Shown here: one piece after another, positions 18,212-28,567 of the stretch | Position numbering within the stretch: position 1 is the stretch's first letter | Layout: each line of letters starts with the position of its first letter | Source: an uncultured Gammaproteobacteria bacterium | Lineage (GTDB): Bacteria; Patescibacteriota; Microgenomatia; UBA10105; UBA927 | Length of the DNA stretch: 64,000 nucleotides | Reading direction: 5' to 3' | Assembly (NCBI GenBank): GCA_964621305.1 | Contig: CAZUOM010000001.1 | Coordinates: 10,390 to 74,389, forward strand | Position numbers and translations under genes: made by a program | Notes under the pieces: model-generated | The model's input: only the letters and a program-made list of their open reading frames with translations | What the model was told of the DNA's origin: nothing | The model's database searches: none

Positions 18212-18412
18212 ATGGCTCCTTTACCTAAACGCAGACACTCAACTAGACGAAGCGGCAAGCGAAGAGCAGCAATCAAACTATCTTTGACCGGTGTAGTCAG
18301 GTGTTCCCATTGCCAAGCTCAAAAATTGCCTCACAGAATTTGTTCAGCCTGCGGCTATTATGGCGGAAGGGCAGTCGTAGTAAAAAAAGAGAAAAAAACA
18401 AAGAAAAAATAA
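18212..18412 (+). CDS. rpmF: 50S ribosomal protein L32
   Basis: MAPLPKRRHSTRRSGKRRA... plus a C4 zinc ribbon (CSHC...CSACG). Confidence 0.85.
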   Translation: MAPLPKRRHSTRRSGKRRAAIKLSLTGVVRCSHCQAQKLPHRICSACGYYGGRAVVVKKEKKTKKK

Positions 18413-18442
18413 GTGTCGTGTATCATGCCATGACAAATTTTC

Positions 18443-18793
18443 ATGAAAACCTCTTTTGATCCTCGACACCAACGCAGAGTTCATATCATACAAGCGCTTT
18501 TTTCCAATAGTTTCCGCGGCGGAGTGTCGGGACAAGAAGTCGAAAACATTTTAACCCAGACACCTATGCTTGATGAAAAAATTCAGTCAGCGGCACCGGA
18601 ATGGCCTGTCGATAAAATCGCAAAAATTGATCTAGCTATACTGCGGCTAGCCATCTACGAACTTTTAATTGAAAAAAAGGAACCTCCAAAAGTTATAATT
18701 GATGAGGCGATAGAACTAGCCAAAGAGTTCGGGAATGATAACAGCCCGAAATTTGTTAACGGCGTGCTGGGTACGATACTAAAAACAATATGA
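18443..18793 (+). CDS. nusB: Transcription antitermination factor NusB
   Basis: R-rich N-terminus. [12 protein letters not shown] and the FVNGVLG C-terminal motif. Confidence 0.8.
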   Translation: MKTSFDPRHQRRVHIIQALFSNSFRGGVSGQEVENILTQTPMLDEKIQSAAPEWPVDKIAKIDLAILRLAIYELLIEKKEPPKVIIDEAIELAKEFGNDNSPKFVNGVLGTILKTI

Positions 18794-19473
18794 GTATCGA
18801 TGAGCTGCAAGAAACCATCGGCATCAAATTTAAAGATAAAATACTGATCGCATCCGCTTTTGTTCATCGCTCATATCTCAACGAAGAGCGTTCAATAAAG
18901 GAAAGCAACGAGAGACTGGAGTTTTTGGGTGACTCGGTACTGTCGTTTCTTACGTCTGATTATTTGTATAAAACGTATCCCAATTATCCGGAAGGAACGC
19001 TCACTAACATCCGCTCAAGCCTGGTTAAGACGATAAGCCTGGCGGACATTGCAACCCGGCTTGAGTTGGGCGATATATTGTTTCTCTCACGGGGGGAGGA
19101 AGATTCCGGCGGACGTAAGAACCCGTCACTTCTTGCCGATACATTCGAAGCGCTTCTTGGCGCTATCTACCTTGACTCCGGCATTGATTCTGCCCGAACG
19201 TTACTAGCTACTTTTCTCTTCCCATTGGCTGCTGCTATAATCAAAAACAAGACGTACATCGACTACAAAAGCCTACTCCAAGAGATTATTCAAGAACAAA
19301 CCAAAATCTCGCCCACTTATCGGGTCGTCAAAAGCGATGGACCAGACCATGCCAAAACGTTCTGGATCGAAGCGCTTATGGGAAACGAGATATTAGGTAA
19401 AGGCATAGGGAAATCAAAGCAGGAAGCCCAGCAGGCAGCAGCCAAAAACGCCCTTGAGAATAGAAGGAAATAG
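18790..19473 (+). CDS. rnc: Ribonuclease III
   Basis: [11 protein letters not shown] catalytic signature plus a C-terminal dsRBD. Confidence 0.9.
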   Translation: MSIDELQETIGIKFKDKILIASAFVHRSYLNEERSIKESNERLEFLGDSVLSFLTSDYLYKTYPNYPEGTLTNIRSSLVKTISLADIATRLELGDILFLSRGEEDSGGRKNPSLLADTFEALLGAIYLDSGIDSARTLLATFLFPLAAAIIKNKTYIDYKSLLQEIIQEQTKISPTYRVVKSDGPDHAKTFWIEALMGNEILGKGIGKSKQEAQQAAAKNALENRRK

Positions 19474-19488
19474 CTATACAATAGGCAC

Positions 19489-19713
19489 ATGGTAAAGATA
19501 AGGCTCTCTGTCACCGGCAAACGAAATGCGCGCACTTATCGAGTGATTGCAATTGAGGAAGGCAAACGCAGGAATGGCCGCACTATAGAGCAGCTCGGCT
19601 ATTATAACCCGCTCGTAACGCCTCCCCGGGTGGTTGTCAAACGCGAGCGAGTAGATTATTGGCTCTCCGTCGGCGCGCAATTGACTCCAGCGGTCAAGAA
19701 ACTCCTAAAATAA
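19489..19713 (+). CDS. rpsP: 30S ribosomal protein S16
   Basis: MVKIRLSVTGKRNARTYRVIA... is typical S16. Confidence 0.9.
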   Translation: MVKIRLSVTGKRNARTYRVIAIEEGKRRNGRTIEQLGYYNPLVTPPRVVVKRERVDYWLSVGAQLTPAVKKLLK

Positions 19714-19958
19714 TGAAAGACATGCTCCTGTCCATTCTTACGCAAATCGTTGATCACCCCGATGACGTCACTGTTGATGAGGAGCAACATGAACAGGGGT
19801 CAGTTTTAATCATTCATGCCAATTCACAGGACATGGGCAAGATTATCGGCAAAGGTGGTCGCATCATTCGCGCCGTCCGAGACCTGGTCAAGCTCATGGC
19901 AACCAAAAAAGGAATATACGCTGATGTAGAGCTTGCTGAAGAGGCCAAAAGCCAATGA
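19713..19958 (+). CDS. KH-domain RNA-binding protein (UPF0109/YlqC-like)
   Basis: IGKGGRIIRAVRDLV is a GXXG KH motif. Sits in the conserved position between rpsP and trmD. ATG overlaps the rpsP stop. Confidence 0.75.
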   Translation: MKDMLLSILTQIVDHPDDVTVDEEQHEQGSVLIIHANSQDMGKIIGKGGRIIRAVRDLVKLMATKKGIYADVELAEEAKSQ

Positions 19959-20614
19959 AGTTCACCATCCTCACTCTTTTTCCGGAAATGTTTGGCGGAC
20001 CGTTTGATCACTCAATCGTCAAGCGCGCCAAAAAAAAAAGTATAGCAACAATTGATTTCGTAAATATCCGCGACTTTTCAACGGATAAATACAAAAGCGT
20101 CGATGATCACCCATATGGGGGAGGAGTGGGCATGATTATGCGGGTCGACATTATAGATAGGGCACTAGAAAATGCAAAATGCAAAATGCAAAGTGCAAAA
20201 TGCAAAACCATTCTCTTGGATCCGAGGGGAAAGGTCTACACGCAGAAAAAAGCGCGGGAATACGCTAAGTTAGACCATATTGTTCTTATCTGCGGTCACT
20301 ATGAAGGAATTGATGGGCGCGTCCGGGAGCTTGCGGATGAGTCGATCTCAATCGGCGACTACGTTTTAACCGGCGGAGAGATTGCGGCGATGGTTATTGT
20401 CGACAGCGTAGTAAGACTGCTCCCAGGCGTACTCAAAGAGGAGGCAACACAAACGGAATCGTTTACAAAACAAGGTACTTTGGAATTTCCTCAATATACT
20501 CGACCTAAGAAATACAAAGGCATGAAAGCACCTGACATTCTTCTCTCAGGCGACCATAAAAAAATCGCCGAATGGCGGCTTAATCAGTCCAGCCAACGTC
20601 TAAAAACACACTAA
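19955..20614 (+). CDS. trmD: tRNA (guanine37-N1)-methyltransferase
   Basis: MKFTILTLFPEMF, YGGGVGMIM, GHYEGIDGR, LTGGE are SPOUT/TrmD motifs. Contains an inserted ENAKCKMQSAKCK from a heptamer repeat. Confidence 0.9.
   Translation: MKFTILTLFPEMFGGPFDHSIVKRAKKKSIATIDFVNIRDFSTDKYKSVDDHPYGGGVGMIMRVDIIDRALENAKCKMQSAKCKTILLDPRGKVYTQKKAREYAKLDHIVLICGHYEGIDGRVRELADESISIGDYVLTGGEIAAMVIVDSVVRLLPGVLKEEATQTESFTKQGTLEFPQYTRPKKYKGMKAPDILLSGDHKKIAEWRLNQSSQRLKTH
20173..20207 (+). repeat. Heptamer tandem repeat (tgcaaaa)x5 inside trmD
   Basis: Direct inspection. Confidence 0.9.
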
Positions 20615-21342
20615 GGGACAAATGGGTCGTCGCGTCCTTTTATACCGGTCGACAGTTGTTCTTGCCTGTTTTGAATATCTGAAACAAATTCCATGCGCGA
20701 AATTTTTACGAGCGTATTTTCTTCGCTTTCAGTCAACCCAGCGGTCGTAGATGTCGTTTTTGCCAATCGTCCATCAAATGGTTTATAGAATACGTCAATG
20801 GCTGCACGTAGACTAATATTTCCATCTTTCATTTGGGACATATCAAAATCTCTCACCATCATAAGTCTTCTAGATGATTCTACACTGTTGATAAACGACT
20901 CAATCGATTGACTTGGCCCAACAATCGAAACAGACAACGGTACAATGTGAATGCCGGTTTTCTTTTCGAAATCCAGACGAAGTTGCGCAGACTCTGTGGC
21001 CAAGCTTCCGGCGTTAGCAAGTGATGTGTCCAAAAGCGTCGCTCCGCTTGTAACAACGAGCCGATCAATAGCTAAAAAAATTGATGCAATCGACTTATCC
21101 TCAGGAAGTGCAGACAAAACGAGCTTGGCATGGTCTAAAAGTTGTGACTGGTCATACTGTTCATAAATATAAATACGAGATTGAATATTTTTAATATCTT
21201 CAGACAAAACTCGAATATCCTCAACGCTCTCAACCGTACGACGTATTAACGGCACGACACCGACAACGATCCCAATACAGGCAATTATGCCAATAAAAAA
21301 TGATATAATTAGGTGTTGATACCGTCGTATTTCTCTATTCAT
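20611..21342 (-). CDS. Type IV pilus assembly protein, PilO-like
   Basis: Single N-terminal TM. Position immediately after pilM and the pilN-like gene. Confidence 0.4.
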   Translation of the reverse strand: MNREIRRYQHLIISFFIGIIACIGIVVGVVPLIRRTVESVEDIRVLSEDIKNIQSRIYIYEQYDQSQLLDHAKLVLSALPEDKSIASIFLAIDRLVVTSGATLLDTSLANAGSLATESAQLRLDFEKKTGIHIVPLSVSIVGPSQSIESFINSVESSRRLMMVRDFDMSQMKDGNISLRAAIDVFYKPFDGRLAKTTSTTAGLTESEENTLVKISRMEFVSDIQNRQEQLSTGIKGRDDPFVP

Positions 21343-21351
21343 AATACGTTG

Positions 21352-21900
21352 CTATAGACGAAAAGAAACGGAAAATATTACCGAACCGTCTGGTGCCATA
21401 AGCAGAGATTCAAGCACAACAGATCGGGCTCCAATAGCTAGTAACGCTACCTTAAAATCGTCTATAATGATTCTCGCTTCGTCTAGCGATTGGGCTTTTA
21501 GCTGGAATGATATGTTCCGATTTTCCGACGCACTCACCGAACGAATCGCAGGTGAGCCAGCTGATGAAATAGTCGGCAATAGTCTGCTCCAAGTCATCCG
21601 AGCAGCATTCAAATCATGAATTATTTTTATCCGGTATTTTACCAAAGAAAGCAATGTTGCAACTTGAGCGTACGAGGCCTCTGTGTTTAACGATTGTGCA
21701 TGTTGATATTTAAGGCTTGTCACACGCGATGTTAAGATCAAAAATCCGATTCCAAAAAATGCCGCGAGTGCTACCGTCGCCAGAGAAAGAATGCTCACGG
21801 CCAGCCGCAATTTTCTACTACCAAAACCTACGATGTCGGACGATTTTGTTGTTCTCGTTATGAGATTAATACCAATTGCCTGCTCGGGTATGTCCTTCAT
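21352..21900 (-). CDS. Type IV pilus assembly protein, PilN-like
   Basis: Short cytoplasmic N-terminus, one TM, periplasmic domain. Follows pilM. Confidence 0.45.
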   Translation of the reverse strand: MKDIPEQAIGINLITRTTKSSDIVGFGSRKLRLAVSILSLATVALAAFFGIGFLILTSRVTSLKYQHAQSLNTEASYAQVATLLSLVKYRIKIIHDLNAARMTWSRLLPTISSAGSPAIRSVSASENRNISFQLKAQSLDEARIIIDDFKVALLAIGARSVVLESLLMAPDGSVIFSVSFRL

Positions 21901-21905
21901 ATGAT

Positions 21906-22934
21906 TTAGGTTTCATTCCGAAGAGCCAAGCCAACAGCAACCGTATACTGGCTACTTTCCGCCTCAAGGGCATTAAAATTCTGGTGTTTTCGTATATCGG
22001 CAAAAGGATCAGCCAACTGCACTTCAATTGTAAGTGATTGAGCAAGATACACCACTAGCCCTGGAAGCCTCGCAGTCCCACCAGATAAAAAAATCGTGTC
22101 GATCCGATTGTCTGGATATTTTTCAGTGTAAAATGTTATAGCATGCTGTATTTCGCTAATAATCGTATCCAGTATCGGCTTTATCGAAGCTAAAATTTTT
22201 CCTTCAAGCTTATCTGGTTCCACGCCGTAGGCACGTTTATACGCCTCAGCCTGTGACAGTTCAAAGCCTAAGCTTTGTGCAAGTAATCGGGAGATCGCTT
22301 CACCACCACTTGACATCGATCGTATAAATGACAGTTTGCCGTCTCGTAAAATAGCAATATCTGTAGTCTTAGCACCAATTGAGATAACCATCACGTGGCG
22401 ACTCGTCGGAGCCATATGAACCAATGCTCGACAAGAAGCTATAATCTCTGTTTCAAGTGCTACTGGATTTAAGTTGGCTAGGGTAAGCATAGCGATATAT
22501 TTCTCGACAAGGGATTTCGGGCTCGCAACGAGAAGTACATCCATAGTATTTTTTCCTGTTTCTGTAGATTGTCGTAATATCGAATAATCTACTGAAACCT
22601 GATCCAGAGGTAAGGGTATATATTGCTCTGCCTCCCACTGCATGGCGGAGGCGAGCTCTCGATCAGAAAGCTGGGGGACAGAGATTATTCTGGTAAATAC
22701 TTGCGACTCGGGAAGGGCTGCATTGACGAAGCGTGTTGTAACGTTTAAGTCTTTTGCTAATTTCGAAATGACGACGGACAACGCCTCTGTATCGGCAACT
22801 ACTGTTGACGTTAATGCCTTAGATGGAGTGGCTGCAATACCGGCAGCCAGTAGAGTTACACCATTTCTATCAACAGCAAGTTCAACCAGTTTAATGCTGT
22901 GAGATCCGATATCAAGTCCGAGTAACGATTTCAT
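21906..22934 (-). CDS. pilM: Type IV pilus assembly ATPase-like protein PilM
   Basis: Actin-like fold: LLGLDIGSHSIKLVEL, then a second DxG region. Confidence 0.8.
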   Translation of the reverse strand: MKSLLGLDIGSHSIKLVELAVDRNGVTLLAAGIAATPSKALTSTVVADTEALSVVISKLAKDLNVTTRFVNAALPESQVFTRIISVPQLSDRELASAMQWEAEQYIPLPLDQVSVDYSILRQSTETGKNTMDVLLVASPKSLVEKYIAMLTLANLNPVALETEIIASCRALVHMAPTSRHVMVISIGAKTTDIAILRDGKLSFIRSMSSGGEAISRLLAQSLGFELSQAEAYKRAYGVEPDKLEGKILASIKPILDTIISEIQHAITFYTEKYPDNRIDTIFLSGGTARLPGLVVYLAQSLTIEVQLADPFADIRKHQNFNALEAESSQYTVAVGLALRNET

Positions 22935-22949
22935 AGTGAAGATAATCCA

Positions 22950-23831
22950 TCAGTGAGTGATTGCTCCTGTTGTAAAAACAACTGCGTCAAAGTTTACCGG
23001 TGGACTACGGAACTGTTGATACACAACGACCTTGCGAGATAGTCCGCTTGTGGTTTCACCGCTTGAAGTTATTCGAGTACCTTGGCTCGGTAATGCTCCG
23101 ACAGCAAGGAGCGCTATTTTTGTATCGGAGTAAACTGGTTGAATCCGTATCATGAGTAGGATATCTGATGATGGATTAATTGCAGGTGAAAACGATGCAA
23201 ATGTCACGGTCTGTCGGTAGGTTGTACCTGTATTGACTCCGCATCCGCCACTGGCTGACGTAGGACTTGAAAAATAATTCGTAGAGCGTCGTGCCAGTGA
23301 CGGATCCACTGCTATCTTGGCAACACGGTAAGAGGCTGTTGGTGTTTTATAGATGACCGAAATAATCATTGCAGGTATTACCGTCTCCGCGCTCCAGCAT
23401 ATATCAAGTACTGGAGCTGTATAGGTAGGAATTTCGCGAATCGTCCCGTCAGCGTTGTGCGCTACTAGCCAAACCGTCTCTACCGACCCACGGGATGTTT
23501 TTTTAGGGAGTGTATAGATGCCAGTTCCTCCACCGATGTCAGTTTTTATTACGTTATACGTTGTCCCCGGTGCTAACACGACCGGCTGTGTTGGTACAAT
23601 TCCTGTCTTAAGAACTTCTTCTATCCCCGCCTCTGCAGCAGAAAATGCTTTCGCCGAATCGGCAATCTGAGTGCTAACGGAAATATCTATAGTTGACCGG
23701 CTGATTGCAGAAAGGACGACCGTTGCTGCAACAGATAAAACTAATAGGGTAATAAGCAGCACTTGACCGCGTTGAGTTTCCATATGAATCCATTGTAAGC
23801 AAGGGGATAGACCCTGGCAAGTCCTTCCCAT
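22950..23831 (-). CDS. Pilus-associated protein with a PilX-N-like hydrophobic N-terminus
   Basis: ETQRGQVLLITLLVLSVAATVV resembles the PilX N-terminal domain. The true start is probably the internal METQ. Confidence 0.4.
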   Translation of the reverse strand: MGRTCQGLSPCLQWIHMETQRGQVLLITLLVLSVAATVVLSAISRSTIDISVSTQIADSAKAFSAAEAGIEEVLKTGIVPTQPVVLAPGTTYNVIKTDIGGGTGIYTLPKKTSRGSVETVWLVAHNADGTIREIPTYTAPVLDICWSAETVIPAMIISVIYKTPTASYRVAKIAVDPSLARRSTNYFSSPTSASGGCGVNTGTTYRQTVTFASFSPAINPSSDILLMIRIQPVYSDTKIALLAVGALPSQGTRITSSGETTSGLSRKVVVYQQFRSPPVNFDAVVFTTGAITH

Positions 23832-23832
23832 A

Positions 23833-24354
23833 TCAATTTCTCAATATAATGGTGCTTTGAAACGCCGCTGATGCAGCTTGATCCGCAGCAACGCCAGAAA
23901 CCGGCTGTGAAAGCGTAAAGAAAACTTTCACCGATCGAGGTATTCCTCCAACTGTCGAACAGGTGAATACCGAGGATAGGGGACTGCTAACGGTAACCGA
24001 TGGCGTCGTCAAATATGTCGTTCCAAAGGCTGATACCGATGCTATTCTGATGACGGAGCCAACAGTCAAAGCATCAAAGGTAGTGACGCCGAGATCTTTA
24101 TCTTGTATCGTAATAGACTTGGCGCTTGTACCGGTACAAGGAGACGTAACTCCTGCTGCTGCTCGGATCATCCGCTCAATGATGGAAAGGGCAAAATCAC
24201 CATTCTGTTTTACTTCGGAGATGATATCCCGCTTCCCCTGTGTTTTGGTCGCGGTAAAAAGCGTCTGTACTATCATTGAACCTATCATTGCGACAAGGCC
24301 AGCTACTATTGCCATCTCAAGCAGAGTAAATCCTCCACGTAGTTGATGTTTCAT
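23833..24354 (-). CDS. Prepilin-type (type IV pilin-like) protein
   Basis: N-terminus MKHQLRGGFTLLEMAIVAGLV has the G|FTLLE prepilin cleavage/methylation motif. Confidence 0.6.
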   Translation of the reverse strand: MKHQLRGGFTLLEMAIVAGLVAMIGSMIVQTLFTATKTQGKRDIISEVKQNGDFALSIIERMIRAAAGVTSPCTGTSAKSITIQDKDLGVTTFDALTVGSVIRIASVSAFGTTYLTTPSVTVSSPLSSVFTCSTVGGIPRSVKVFFTLSQPVSGVAADQAASAAFQSTIILRN

Positions 24355-24355
24355 C

Positions 24356-24787
24356 TTACCTCCACTGAGTTAGAATACTCGTAACATCGGTACGAAAAGT
24401 CTGTCCCGACTCTTGCCAGGTAATTCCAACGACTACAGTCATTTTTGGATCGTTCCAAGTAAACGTAACCGTCCGACCAAATACTCCGTCTATGTTGCTA
24501 TTGCAGTTTCCAACGGGTTGTGTCCAGACTCCAGCGCCATCTAAACACCATATCGTGCCTCCTGTGCTACCAAAGGCAACAAACGTTGACCAGCCGGCAT
24601 CACGCACCTTTCGAGACAGCTCCACTCCTTCTCTTGCAAGTTGAACCGATACGCTTTTCGCTTTCGCAATTCGTGCAGCTTTTATCATAGATGTAGATCC
24701 TACCACCAAACCAGTAATCATCAGAGCCACGACAGCAATGGTCATAATGATTTCCACAATTGTCTGACCACTTTGGTTGCATCTCAT
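24356..24787 (-). CDS. Prepilin-type minor pilin-like protein
   Basis: SGQTIVEIIMTIAVVALMI is class III signal-peptide-like. Confidence 0.5.
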   Translation of the reverse strand: MRCNQSGQTIVEIIMTIAVVALMITGLVVGSTSMIKAARIAKAKSVSVQLAREGVELSRKVRDAGWSTFVAFGSTGGTIWCLDGAGVWTQPVGNCNSNIDGVFGRTVTFTWNDPKMTVVVGITWQESGQTFRTDVTSILTQWR

Positions 24788-25245
24788 AAGAACCCAATCT
24801 CCTCGACTCTACCAGAAGGGTCAATTTGTATACGATACGACGAATTTTTTCCAGTTAGAGTCACTGACAGAGGAGACGCAATGCCGATGGTGCCGGTCAA
24901 GGATTGAAAGGTGAAAGTGCTCGGTAATGGACTAAACGAAACACCACTAGTGAGTGTGACCGTATCAACATCACCGACAAGGCCCTCAGCGCACAGAGAC
25001 TGAGTCGTGTAAGAAGATACTGCAAAAGAAATCGTAACGCCAGCAAATCGACTACAGCCGGTCTGCGGTCGCTTACCGGATATAGCACTCGTCTGCGCGA
25101 GGCGAAGGTTGTTTTTGAGAGATATAGCAGACTGCTTGACAGCTTGACGGTTATCAAATGTTTGATATCGGGAAATAATGCCTACAGAAATTAGAAGAGC
25201 CACCGCTATTGCAATAATAAGTTCAATGATGGTATACCCATTCAT
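24784..25245 (-). CDS. Prepilin-type pilin-like protein
   Basis: MNGYTIIELIIAIAVALL carries G|YTIIEL. Confidence 0.6.
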   Translation of the reverse strand: MNGYTIIELIIAIAVALLISVGIISRYQTFDNRQAVKQSAISLKNNLRLAQTSAISGKRPQTGCSRFAGVTISFAVSSYTTQSLCAEGLVGDVDTVTLTSGVSFSPLPSTFTFQSLTGTIGIASPLSVTLTGKNSSYRIQIDPSGRVEEIGFL

Positions 25246-25670
25246 GGATTTTTTGCCCCAAAATTATGTGAAATAGCAGTGTCCGGGGTACACGAACCAG
25301 AAGCATCTGCTCCTTCTAATTTAGCGCTTAAGCAATACCCGTAGTAGCTATTTCCCGATCTGTTGGTTGCCTTGTATCGATATGCTTGCCCCAACTGAGG
25401 GTCACCAGGGATTGCGGGTATATATGACGGAACCAATGAAGTTGAAAGACCACTCGCATCAACATAGGAACCACCACCAAGATTAGGGTAATATCCAATA
25501 TCAGTTCGATAAATCTCCAATGCGCTTCTTATTTGCTCCATGTCGCCTTTCCGTTTTGTATCCCTAGCCTTACGGTTTACCGTGCTATAAGAGACTGCTG
25601 CAAAACCGACAATGCTTGCAATAATCCCTATGACGACAAGTAGCTCGATGAGACTAAAACCCTTTTTCAT
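25242..25670 (-). CDS. Type IV pilin (PilA-like)
   Basis: MKKGFSLIELLVVIGIIA carries G|FSLIELL with E+5. About 140 aa. Confidence 0.7.
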   Translation of the reverse strand: MKKGFSLIELLVVIGIIASIVGFAAVSYSTVNRKARDTKRKGDMEQIRSALEIYRTDIGYYPNLGGGSYVDASGLSTSLVPSYIPAIPGDPQLGQAYRYKATNRSGNSYYGYCLSAKLEGADASGSCTPDTAISHNFGAKNP

Positions 25671-26368
25671 TGTAATTTGTTCCACCAGACCATCATCTGA
25701 CTACCATATAACAAAGCAACGCTAGTCCCAATAATTAAAAACGGTCCAAACGGTATATGGCTCTTTAATTTTCTTCTGCCTAACAGTATCAGTATGAGCC
25801 CAACACATGCACCGGTCAAGAATGCAACGTAAAGAGCAAAACCTATTGCGGGAAATCCAAGAATGAGTCCAAGGAGAAATACGAGCTTTACGTCTCCAAA
25901 GCCCATTCCACGGCCTCGGGTGATCAACCAAAGAAAGAAAAAAAATCCTGCAGCAGCACCCGCAGCAAGCCAAGATGTGTGACCATATAAGATCGTTCCT
26001 ACCAATCCAACACCAATCATACTATCGGGAATAATTTCATATTTGAGATCCGACACAAAAATAATAACTAGCGAAAGAAAAATGAGCAGTGTCGCAATGT
26101 TGTCAGATAAAACAACAAAGCCTATTCCAACAGAAAATTCTACTATTGGATATTGCCATGAAAGGGGTTTACGGCATCTGCGGCATAGCCCGAGTTGAAT
26201 TAAAAATGATGCAATCGGGATAAGTTCAAACCATCGGAGCGTCTTTTTACAATAGTCGCAGACCGATCGGCCACCAAAGATATCCATGCCTTGAGGTAGA
26301 CGATCAATGAGCACGTTGACAAACGAGCCAACACAAATGCCAAAGAGAAAAAGATAAACCTCCACCAC
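25667..26368 (-). CDS. pilD: Prepilin peptidase (A24 family)
   Basis: N-terminal CxxC...CxxC zinc motif (CDYCKK...CRRCRK), multiple TM helices, conserved Asp region. Confidence 0.85.
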   Translation of the reverse strand: MVEVYLFLFGICVGSFVNVLIDRLPQGMDIFGGRSVCDYCKKTLRWFELIPIASFLIQLGLCRRCRKPLSWQYPIVEFSVGIGFVVLSDNIATLLIFLSLVIIFVSDLKYEIIPDSMIGVGLVGTILYGHTSWLAAGAAAGFFFFLWLITRGRGMGFGDVKLVFLLGLILGFPAIGFALYVAFLTGACVGLILILLGRRKLKSHIPFGPFLIIGTSVALLYGSQMMVWWNKLQ

Positions 26369-26386
26369 TCTAGTATACTATGGAAT

Positions 26387-28567
26387 ATGGGCAAACGTCT
26401 TCCAGGCTTTATAGCCATTGCCGTTATTTTTCTTCTGGTTATTGCCTTCTTTTATCCGCTATTTTATCCGGAACCCAAGCTGATCGTTACCCCGGATTTC
26501 GGCAGAAGCGACGCCTGGCACTCAAGTATTGCTGCAAAATCAATTCTGGCCCAAGCGCTCCATCAGCGAAAACTTCCACTCTGGGAACCGACGCTGGGCG
26601 ACGGGTATCCGTTGTTCGCCGATGGGCTCGTTGGCGCGCTATACCTTCCCACAATCTTCTTATTTTCTCTCCTTCCACTAGTTCCCGCAATAAATATACT
26701 AATCGTTTTCAGTTTCATTATTGGTGGTTTGGGCATGTACGTATGGCTTCGACTCCTTGGTATTTATACGCTTCCTGCGGTATTCGGAGGAGTTACCTAT
26801 ATGTTTTCCGGCATATTCATAACTCAAATACCGCATCTTATGATCATCCCGACACTTTCTCTCATCCCATGGTTTTTTGTCGGCATTCAACGAATCATAC
26901 AGAAACCCACACTTGGTAGTGTCGGATTTTTAGCATTTATCATTGGCCAAGAAATACTCGTAGGATTTCCACAGTCAACTGTCATCGGCTTGTCTTTTAC
27001 TTTATTTTATTTTATCTGGCAGCTTCGAAACATTGCGGATAGAACAATACGGATTATCGCCTGTATGCTTTCTCTAGGGCTTGGTATTGGCATTGGGTCT
27101 ATACAACTTTTCCCTTCCTGGGAATTCTTCAAACAAACCACAGCGTTTGAGGGGTTTGCTCCAGAAATCGCGCTCTATTTTTCCTACCCCATCAAACACC
27201 TCATCACTTTTCTTTCACCATTTGCCCTCGGCAACCCCAGGGACGGAACTTATCCCCTCTTTAACGAATTTGATGGAAGCATTTTCTGGGAAAATACTGG
27301 TTATATTGGCCTGGTACCACTTTTTTTTATCTTCATTTCACGCGTATGGAATAAGGATAAAGCCACGAGCTTGCAGTCCCTTACCCATTGGCTGTTTGTC
27401 GTCATTGTCACTGGTGTCCTCCTCATGCTTGGAAAACATTCCCCGCTATACTTTTTGTATTCCATCCCACCTCTCAACATGTTTAGAGTGCCATCTAGAT
27501 TTCTCTGGATGGTAGTTATCGCCTTGGTTATGCTTGCAAGCATTGGACTTCACAAATTATGGACACACGCATCGACACGTCTTCGTGGTGTTCTTGTGAT
27601 TATATTATTGATACACTTCTCCCAGATCATATCCCTTTGGCAGTCTTACCATGCAATAGTAGCGGCAAGTGATTGGCTAGCTACCCCACCGATTGTTTCA
27701 TCATTGACTAATACAAGTAAAATCATCACAATCGGCTCACCTGTGAGTTATAACGCTATCTTTCAAAGCGAAGGTTGGCAAAAAAATGAACCGTATTACT
27801 TCCTTCGCAACACGCTAGCACCCAACAGCAACGCAATTTGGAATATACCAAGTCATGACGTCTATCCAGGTCGTCCACTGAGGCGTTTAGAACTCATAAA
27901 TAGCCTCCTTGCACAAGAACTCACAATCGATACCAATGCGGCAACGATAAGCGCAAACGGCATCAAGCTATTGCAAGTCATGGGTATCAATCGCATCATC
28001 ACTAGCTTGCCTCTCACTCAAGATAAACTTATTCTGCAAACATCACGTTCAGACTTGCATCATGCGGTTACAAGCTATGCCATTCCCAATCAGTGTCCTC
28101 GCGCATACATAACAACAAATCTCCACATTGCAAAAACGATAACAGAAGCGTATAAAATATTTCGAGACAGCAAATTTATTCCCTGCAACCAAGCAATTGT
28201 TGAAAATAAACTCGCCATAAGAGAGCACAATTCCAATGTGGTCGTTAGAGTCGAACGTGACGATGGGGAATCCTTATCGCTGACCGTACGTGACAACCCT
28301 ACAGCGTCTCTTTTGGTTGTGTCCGACACGTTTTATCCAGGCTGGTTTGCAACTGTTGATAACCAACAGACAGACATATACCCAGTCAATATCAACTATC
28401 GAGGCGTTATAGTGCCAGCAGGCGATCACAAACTTTCATTTACCTACAGACCCAAAAGTTTATTGTACGGAGTTTATATCTCCATCGCTTCTCTGACTAT
28501 TGTGGTAACGCTAATGGGATATCCTGTTGTTTTTTCTCTCGTTGGTACTCTAAAAAAAGGTCATTAG
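26387..28567 (+). CDS. Large polytopic membrane protein, YfhO-like (GT-C-like glycosyltransferase candidate)
   Basis: 726 aa. More than 12 TM helices N-terminally and a large C-terminal extracytoplasmic domain. That architecture matches YfhO-family proteins. Confidence 0.45.
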   Translation: MGKRLPGFIAIAVIFLLVIAFFYPLFYPEPKLIVTPDFGRSDAWHSSIAAKSILAQALHQRKLPLWEPTLGDGYPLFADGLVGALYLPTIFLFSLLPLVPAINILIVFSFIIGGLGMYVWLRLLGIYTLPAVFGGVTYMFSGIFITQIPHLMIIPTLSLIPWFFVGIQRIIQKPTLGSVGFLAFIIGQEILVGFPQSTVIGLSFTLFYFIWQLRNIADRTIRIIACMLSLGLGIGIGSIQLFPSWEFFKQTTAFEGFAPEIALYFSYPIKHLITFLSPFALGNPRDGTYPLFNEFDGSIFWENTGYIGLVPLFFIFISRVWNKDKATSLQSLTHWLFVVIVTGVLLMLGKHSPLYFLYSIPPLNMFRVPSRFLWMVVIALVMLASIGLHKLWTHASTRLRGVLVIILLIHFSQIISLWQSYHAIVAASDWLATPPIVSSLTNTSKIITIGSPVSYNAIFQSEGWQKNEPYYFLRNTLAPNSNAIWNIPSHDVYPGRPLRRLELINSLLAQELTIDTNAATISANGIKLLQVMGINRIITSLPLTQDKLILQTSRSDLHHAVTSYAIPNQCPRAYITTNLHIAKTITEAYKIFRDSKFIPCNQAIVENKLAIREHNSNVVVRVERDDGESLSLTVRDNPTASLLVVSDTFYPGWFATVDNQQTDIYPVNINYRGVIVPAGDHKLSFTYRPKSLLYGVYISIASLTIVVTLMGYPVVFSLVGTLKKGH

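Noticed and set aside
26380-26919. 179-aa plus-strand ORF overlapping the start of the YfhO-like gene
   Set aside because: It is an alternative frame of the same region. The 726-aa frame has a coherent multi-TM architecture and the alternative does not.
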